Translations under genes and position numbers: made by a program
The notes under the pieces: model-generated
Told to the model about the DNA's origin: nothing
Seen by the model: the letters and a program-made list of their open reading frames with translations, nothing else
The model's database searches: none
Part shown: in pieces, positions 58,856 through 64,000 of the stretch
How positions within the stretch are numbered: the stretch's first letter is position 1
Layout: each line of letters opens with the position of its first letter
Origin: an uncultured Spirochaetota bacterium
GTDB taxonomy: Bacteria; Spirochaetota; Spirochaetia; SZUA-6; Fen-1364
Reading direction: 5' to 3'
NCBI GenBank assembly: GCA_963820525.1
Contig: CAWGAA010000001.1
Span: 2,294,203-2,358,202, forward strand
DNA: 64,000 nt

Positions 58856-59338
58856 ATGGAACCGAAATGGATGAAGAGCTCGAGATTCGAAAGGATCGGG
58901 AATTTCACCCTCAAGGGGCCCCGAAGCGCCGTGTTTCCACTCCTCTGCCCGGTGCTCGAGTACCAGTGGCTTCCCGGCTGGAAGTGCACGATGGCGTACT
59001 CCGATTCCGGCATTGCTGAAAAGGATGCAATCTTTCATACTGTGGAAATGCTGGGAAGAAAAACGGTGTGGACCGCGATCACCTACCAGCCGGACACGTT
59101 CATCGAATACCTGATCGTGAGCGGCCGGGCGGCGGTGGTCCGCCTGAGCATCGCCCTGGAAAGCGGAGAGGGCGGGACGACCGCGGTCACCTGGCGGATG
59201 CTCTTCACCGCGACTTCAATGCTCGGCCGCATAGCGTTGAGCAGAGCCTTTTCGGAAGAGAGTTTCATGAAGATGATGAACAAACGCGAAAACGAGCTGA
59301 ACCATTTCCTGGAAAAGGGGAAGATGATCGATGCATGA
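58856..59338 (+). CDS. SRPBCC (START/Bet v1-like polyketide cyclase) superfamily protein.
   Basis: 160 aa. Composition and length fit. No strong motif. Confidence 0.45.
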   Translation: MEPKWMKSSRFERIGNFTLKGPRSAVFPLLCPVLEYQWLPGWKCTMAYSDSGIAEKDAIFHTVEMLGRKTVWTAITYQPDTFIEYLIVSGRAAVVRLSIALESGEGGTTAVTWRMLFTATSMLGRIALSRAFSEESFMKMMNKRENELNHFLEKGKMIDA

Positions 59339-59368
59339 GCGCCAGCTTCTGGCGGAAGGATTGATCAC

Positions 59369-59571
59369 ATGGAAATCAGAAAGGCACGCCAAGCCGACGC
59401 GGGAAAAATCTCGGACCTTCTTGGCCAGCTCGGGTATCCCCAAACCCAGGGCTTCATCTCGGAGAAGATCGCGCAGCTCTCCGCCCGATAAGCTATCTTT
59501 GCGTCGATGAGTCCGCCAGGGGCAATGGCGTCGGCCGAGAGCTGGAGTCGTTCTGCGCCCCGCGGCTCTGA
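59369..59571 (+). pseudogene. GNAT N-acetyltransferase remnant in two frames, internally deleted and truncated.
   Basis: Frame 1 reads MEIRKARQADAGKISDLLGQLGYP...* (59369..59491). Frame 2 reads SYLCVDESARGNGVGRELE...* (59491..59571) and carries GNAT motif A. Total coding is ~65 aa versus ~160 expected. Confidence 0.45.
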
Positions 59572-59588
59572 TCAAACACAGACGGGAA

Positions 59589-59614
59589 GAACACCCCGCT
59601 TTCGCGGGGTGTTC
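59589..59614. terminator. Bidirectional terminator hairpin GAACACCCCGC-tttc-GCGGGGTGTTC between the GNAT remnant and the OMP gene.
   Basis: Perfect 11-bp stem. The T-rich tail is better on the minus strand, serving the OMP gene. Confidence 0.55.
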
Positions 59615-59629
59615 TTATGCCGGCACAGT

Positions 59630-60649
59630 TCAGAATGCAAAGGTGTAGGAAACCTTCAGCTGAGGTTCGAAGAATGGTGCGACGTTCTTGTCGTTTGCAT
59701 CCGATGCCGCATTTGAGTCGATCTTGTTGCACTTGAAATCGCCCTCCAGGTAGAGACCGCCGATCTTGTAGCTGACTCCCGGCGCGATCCACGTGTCGTG
59801 CCAGGGGGCGGCGGAGGTGTACTTCGTTGCAGTGGTGTAGGTGGAAACGCGGCTTGAGACGAATGCCCTCAGGCCGGTAACCCCTATGCCGCCGAAGTCG
59901 AAGCTCAGCTTGGGCTCGATGTAGAGGTAGAGGTCATCGGAGCCGTTTGCACCGCCGTTGGCGTAGTTGTCGTTGAAACAGAATGCGGCCTTGGCGTCCA
60001 GCTGCGCGGGTCCATAGACAAAGCTGAGCTGGGGCTTGACGTCGAAGAGGGTGAGAACGGGGGTGAAGCCGGTGTCGGCTTCGGCGCCCACCGTCAGGGC
60101 GGTGATGGTATCGAAGGCGAATTTGTAGCTCAGCTTCGCGTAGTTGGTGACCCAGAAGCTCTGGGTGTAGTCGGGGGTAGGAGAGTTGTTGAAGTAGCCA
60201 TAGCTGTAGGGCTTGTAGGCATATTTCAGCTCATTGATGCCGCTTGCGTCTTGCGGAGAGAAAAACACGAGCGGGAAGCTCACCTTCGCATCCAAGCCGC
60301 CCGCCAACAGCTCGACCGAGGGCTCCACCTTGCCCGCCATCTGGAACTCGTAAGGGGCCGTAGCGCCTTGGTAGAGGCCGATCCAATCCTCGGCGTACAA
60401 GCCATACTTCAGCGAAAATGAATCCATCTTTTGCGTGAGCGTGTAGCTCACGTAGGGCTGGACGTTCGGGGCATACTTGTCGGTCTGGTTGCCGTTCGCG
60501 GTAAAGCCGTTCCGGCCGTCCGCGTAGACGCGGGTCACGTCCGTCAAGTAGCCGCCAGTCCCGACCTCCAGCGAAGACTGGGCTGAGATCGAGGCTGCAG
60601 CGGCGGCTATGAACAAAAGGACAAGGAACATTGGCTTTGAGCTTCTCAT
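59630..60649 (-). CDS. Outer-membrane beta-barrel protein (porin-like).
   Basis: Signal peptide (MFLVLLFIAAAAASISA). Alternating amphipathic strands. C-terminal ...VSYTFAF OMP signature. AGGAGGA SD. Confidence 0.65.
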   Translation of the reverse strand: MRSSKPMFLVLLFIAAAAASISAQSSLEVGTGGYLTDVTRVYADGRNGFTANGNQTDKYAPNVQPYVSYTLTQKMDSFSLKYGLYAEDWIGLYQGATAPYEFQMAGKVEPSVELLAGGLDAKVSFPLVFFSPQDASGINELKYAYKPYSYGYFNNSPTPDYTQSFWVTNYAKLSYKFAFDTITALTVGAEADTGFTPVLTLFDVKPQLSFVYGPAQLDAKAAFCFNDNYANGGANGSDDLYLYIEPKLSFDFGGIGVTGLRAFVSSRVSTYTTATKYTSAAPWHDTWIAPGVSYKIGGLYLEGDFKCNKIDSNAASDANDKNVAPFFEPQLKVSYTFAF

Positions 60650-60824
60650 CTTGAACTCCTCCTGGCTTACCTGAAGCCGACAGCTTCATTTCTCTCGCCA
60701 GGAACGTTATGTATTCTTTGTTAGAGGTCGATGAAGAGTCCATGAATTCTCGATGAAGTTGCGCCCTCGCGGACCGCTCGTGCTCACTCTCCCCAGCCAC
60801 GGGTTGCGGGCCCGCCGGCCGCGC

Positions 60825-61493
60825 TCATCCCTTGAGTTCCCCCTCTTCCTTGTGGTGCTTGATCACCCTGCCTTCCACCATGTAGATGACGTCCTCGCAG
60901 ATGTTGGTGGACAGGTCCGCGATGCGCTCGAGGTTGCCGGCGATCCGAAGGAGCGACAGCCCCTGGAGGATCGTGGAAGGGTCGCTTGCCATGGAAGAAA
61001 TGAGCTCCGTGAGGGTCTCCGTGGCCAGATCGTCCACGATGCTGTCGTCCGCGCAGACCTTCTGCGCGAGACCCGCCTGTTCGCCGATGTAGGCCTGGAT
61101 GCTCTGGTCGACCATCCGGATAGTTTCCCCGGCCATACGTGGTATGGTAGCCAGCGGCCGCGGGGTGGGACCTTCCAGCAGGCTGAGCCCCGCCTGTGCG
61201 ATGTTCACCGCGTGATCTCCCATGCGCTCCAGGTCATTTGTGATGCCGAGCGCCATGATCACCGTCCGCAGGTCCTTGGCCCTGGGCTGGTACTGGGCGA
61301 TGAGGACGGTGCACTCCTCCTCGAGCTCGATCTCGAGCTCGTTCACGCGCTTTTCGCTTTCGTCGATAATCCGGCGGAGCGCATCGGCCTTCCCATCCTG
61401 GAAAGCCCTGACGGCTCCCTCCATCATCTCCTCCACCAGCCGCGCGTACATGACCAGCCGCGACTTCAGGGCATCTATCTGTTGGCGAAGCAT
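60825..61493 (-). CDS. phoU: PhoU (second operon).
   Basis: [13 protein letters not shown]... PhoU repeats. Called separately from the 778-aa track ORF. Confidence 0.85.
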   Translation of the reverse strand: MLRQQIDALKSRLVMYARLVEEMMEGAVRAFQDGKADALRRIIDESEKRVNELEIELEEECTVLIAQYQPRAKDLRTVIMALGITNDLERMGDHAVNIAQAGLSLLEGPTPRPLATIPRMAGETIRMVDQSIQAYIGEQAGLAQKVCADDSIVDDLATETLTELISSMASDPSTILQGLSLLRIAGNLERIADLSTNICEDVIYMVEGRVIKHHKEEGELKG

Positions 61494-61502
61494 CACGTCT
61501 CC

Positions 61503-62282
61503 TATCCGAATTTCCCCGCGAGGTATTCTTCGGTGCGCTTGTCCTTCGGCACGGTGAAAAGCCTGCTCGTCGGGCCGAACTCCACGAGCTTCTCCCAGGT
61601 GGATGAACGCCGTGAAGTCCGAAATCCGCGCCGCCTGCGGCATATTGTGCGTGACCTGGACAATCGTCACCGCTTCCTTGAGGGAAACGATCAGCTCTTC
61701 TATGGCGGCGGTCGCCTTGGGATCGAGGGCCGACGTCGGCTCGTCGAGGAGGAGGATCTCGGGATTCATGGCGAGCGCCCGGGCGATGCACAACCGCTGC
61801 TGCTGGCCTCCGGAGAGGAAGGTCCCCCGACGGTAGAGAGCGTCCTTCACCTCGTTCCACAGCGTCACACGGCGCAGCGTTTCCTCCACCACGCGGTCGC
61901 GCTCAGCTTTCGACATGCGGGCGCCGTTCAGGGTAAAGCCCGCGATCACGTTGTCATAGATGCTCATGGTTGGGAAAGGATTGGGCCTCTGGAAGACCAT
62001 TCCGATGCGCCTTCGAAGCTGTATCGGGTTGAGCTGGTACACGTCCTCGTCGTCCAGAAGGACCCTGCCGCTCACGTGGGCGTTGGGAGCGAGCTCGTGC
62101 ATGCGGTTGATGCAGCGCATGAAGGTGGTCTTTCCGCACCCCGAGGGGCCCATGATGGCGGTGATGCGCCTCGCCGGGATGGAGAGACTGACCTCTTTCA
62201 CGACATCCTTCCCGTCGAAGCCGGCCGTGAGGTTTTCCGTCTTCACAATGGCGTACTCCGCGGTCAGAACTGGATCTTCCAT
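61503..62282 (-). CDS. pstB: PstB (third copy in window), with an apparent 1-nt frameshift ~25 codons from the 3' end.
   Basis: [22 protein letters not shown]. The canonical C-terminus [29 protein letters not shown] lies in the +1 frame from ~61583, while the in-frame reading runs into phoU. Start overlaps pstA by 19 nt. Confidence 0.75.
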
Positions 62283-63115
62283 CTCGATGTCACCAGCTTT
62301 GTCACGAGGTTCAAGACGAGAATAAGAACGAGCAGGACGAACGAAGCGCCCCAGGCAAGAGACTGCCACTCGGGGTACGGGCTCGTAGCGTAGTAGAATA
62401 TAATCTGCGGCAGGGAGCTCATGGGCCCCAGAACGTTCACGGTCATGAAGGGACTTCCGAAAGCCGTGAAAAGGAGGGGGGCGGTCTCTCCGGCGCCCCG
62501 CGCCACGGCGAGGAGCGTCCCGGTGACAATCCCGCTTGCCCCGGCCGGGAGGATCACCTTGAGCACGGTTCGGGGATACGAGACTCCGAGAGCCAGGGAC
62601 GCTTCCCTGAGGCTCACGGGGATCATGCGGAGGGTTTCCTCGGTGGCCAGCGTGATGACGGGGAGCATGATCATCGAAAGGGCGATCCCGCCTGAAAGGG
62701 CCGAAAAATGACCCATCGGCTTTACCACCCACACATACGCCACGATGCCGAGCACGATGGAGGGGATTCCCATCAGGGTCTCCACGGAGACTCTCGTAAT
62801 CGAGCCAAGACGGGACCTGCCGCTCTCCGACAGGAATATGCCGGCAGTCAGTCCCAGGGGAATCGAGATGACGGAGGCGATGACGATGAGGAGAGCGCTC
62901 CCCACGATCGCATTGGATATTCCACCCCCCGTCTCCCCTATAGGCTTGGGAAGCTCCGTGAGGAACGCCCAGTTGATGGAGGAGGCTCCCCTCGCGATGA
63001 TGAAGGCGAGAATCAGGATGAGCGGCAGCGTCGCTATGAGCGACAGCGCCAGCATGCCCCCCATGAACACCCTGTCTCTCCGGAGGCGTCCCGCTACTGC
63101 CGATTCCCTGATCAC
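62264..63115 (-). CDS. pstA: PstA (second operon).
   Basis: 283-aa permease. Operon position. Confidence 0.85.
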   Translation of the reverse strand: MIRESAVAGRLRRDRVFMGGMLALSLIATLPLILILAFIIARGASSINWAFLTELPKPIGETGGGISNAIVGSALLIVIASVISIPLGLTAGIFLSESGRSRLGSITRVSVETLMGIPSIVLGIVAYVWVVKPMGHFSALSGGIALSMIMLPVITLATEETLRMIPVSLREASLALGVSYPRTVLKVILPAGASGIVTGTLLAVARGAGETAPLLFTAFGSPFMTVNVLGPMSSLPQIIFYYATSPYPEWQSLAWGASFVLLVLILVLNLVTKLVTSRWKIQF

Positions 63116-63999
63116 GATGAGAAGGCCCCGCCCATCCGACTGATGACGAGCTTTCCGGCAATGTTGATCACGGTGCTGATGACGAACAACAGCAGCGCGA
63201 CTTCAATGAGGCTGGCCAGATACACGTTGCCGGCAGCCTCCGAGAACTCATTTGCGATGAGGCTCGCCATTGTGTTCCCCGGCCCGAGAACGTTGAGCGT
63301 GAGCGAATTGGAGTTTCCTATCACCATTGTCACCGCCATCGTCTCACCCAGCGCCCTGCCCAGGGAGAGAAGGACGCCTCCGAGGATTCCCGAGCGAGCG
63401 TAGGGAAGTGACACCCTCCAGATCGTCTCGGATCGCGTGGCTCCCAACGACAGCGCCGCTTCTTTGAGGTCCTTCGGCACAAGGCTCATCATCTCCCTTC
63501 CGATCGAGGCGGAGTACGGGAGGATCATGAAGGCCAGAAGAATGGAGGCAGTGAGCATCCCGACGCCGAAAGGCGGTGCTCCCACGGCCAACTGCAGCGC
63601 CCGAACCGCCGGAACGAGAAAAAAGAGGCCGATAAAGCCGTACACCACCGAGGGTATGCCGGCTAAAAGCTCAACCGCGGTCCTCATGAGCGATGCGAAC
63701 ACCCCCGAGCTGAAATACTCTCCCATCAGAATGGACAGGGCCAGAGAGAGGACGGTGGCAAAGGCAAGCGCAACCGCGGAGGTGAGAATGGTCCCTACGA
63801 CGAAGGGCAGCGCGCCAAATGTTTTTGTAACGGGATCCCACTGCGTCCCCGTGAGAAAGCGAAGCCCATTGGCGACAAGGGCCGGCCGGGAGGAAAGAAA
63901 AAGAGAAAGGAAGATCGCGATAAGCAGAACGCTCACCACGATCCCCCCGAGATACAGGATCGAACGGAATGCGGAATCGGAAAGCCTGACTTTCCCCAT
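63112..63999 (-). CDS. pstC: PstC (second operon). Start lies 1 nt from the window edge and may be incomplete.
   Basis: 295-aa permease. 4-nt overlap with pstA. Confidence 0.75.
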   Translation of the reverse strand: MGKVRLSDSAFRSILYLGGIVVSVLLIAIFLSLFLSSRPALVANGLRFLTGTQWDPVTKTFGALPFVVGTILTSAVALAFATVLSLALSILMGEYFSSGVFASLMRTAVELLAGIPSVVYGFIGLFFLVPAVRALQLAVGAPPFGVGMLTASILLAFMILPYSASIGREMMSLVPKDLKEAALSLGATRSETIWRVSLPYARSGILGGVLLSLGRALGETMAVTMVIGNSNSLTLNVLGPGNTMASLIANEFSEAAGNVYLASLIEVALLLFVISTVINIAGKLVISRMGGAFSS

Positions 64000-64000
64000 C

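Noticed and set aside
60825-63161. Single 778-aa minus-strand ORF.
   Set aside because: It is a composite of phoU, pstB read through a frameshift, and an alternate frame of pstA. It is split into phoU, pstB and pstA.
1-64000. CRISPR arrays, tRNA/rRNA genes, IS elements, integrases, phage genes.
   Set aside because: I found no regularly spaced direct repeats, cloverleaf-like segments in intergenic regions, or transposase/integrase-like ORFs on either strand.

Overview
High-GC (~65%) bacterial chromosomal segment. It is gene-dense and has no rRNA, tRNA, CRISPR, transposase or integrase signatures. Many long ORFs in the six-frame track are antisense or alternate-frame artefacts of the GC content and are not called. 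Contents in order:

- **1–4.5 kb:** a ygfK–ssnA pair on the minus strand, with very strong matches to E. coli YgfK and SsnA. ygfK is split by a 1-nt frameshift in a G7/C7 homopolymer.
- **4.6–8.4 kb:** a TrpB-like and a ThrC-like PLP enzyme (fold-type II) plus a short GlpA-family FAD oxidoreductase, divergent from ygfK.
- **8.5–11.9 kb:** a signalling cluster of a GbsR/MarR-like regulator with an upstream inverted repeat, a stand-alone receiver domain, and a CHASE2 adenylate/guanylate cyclase.
- **11.9–13.3 kb:** an M48 metallopeptidase lipoprotein and a secreted SH3b-like protein.
- **13.4–18.9 kb:** a TetR regulator followed by a translationally coupled five-gene operon: ABC-type ATPase, G3E (HypB/UreG/CobW-like) GTPase, RnfB-N-terminal-like Fe-S domain protein, zinc-ribbon ThrC/cysteate-synthase-like PLP enzyme, and a serine-palmitoyltransferase-like alpha-oxoamine synthase. 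This is the most unusual system in the window.
- **19.0–23.9 kb:** a complete pstS-pstC-pstA-pstB-pstB-phoU operon with two tandem pstB genes. A second pstC-pstA-pstB-phoU operon lies on the minus strand at 60.8–64.0 kb; its pstB carries an apparent 3' frameshift.
- **24.0–29.4 kb:** an APC-superfamily permease, an RraA-like protein, and two solute-binding-like proteins.
- **29.4–49.2 kb:** a divergent pair of giant surface proteins. One is a 4,730-aa lipoprotein-like tandem Ig-domain protein containing a 5x repeated ~70-aa 'HGL...TLPxGIS...YYV' module. The other is a 1,772-aa Ig-repeat protein with a beta-strand-rich C-terminus. They share an AT-rich promoter region with a TATAAT box.
- **49.6–55.4 kb:** Hsp20, an S11 D-Ala-D-Ala carboxypeptidase, a TPR-like lipoprotein, and an 886-aa FG-GAP protein.
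- **55.4–55.9 kb:** a sharply low-GC islet carrying a textbook sigma70 promoter with operator and a small lipoprotein gene, likely horizontally acquired.
- **56.2–60.7 kb:** an FHA protein, aroE, a thioredoxin-family protein, an SRPBCC protein, a decayed GNAT remnant, and an OMP beta-barrel.
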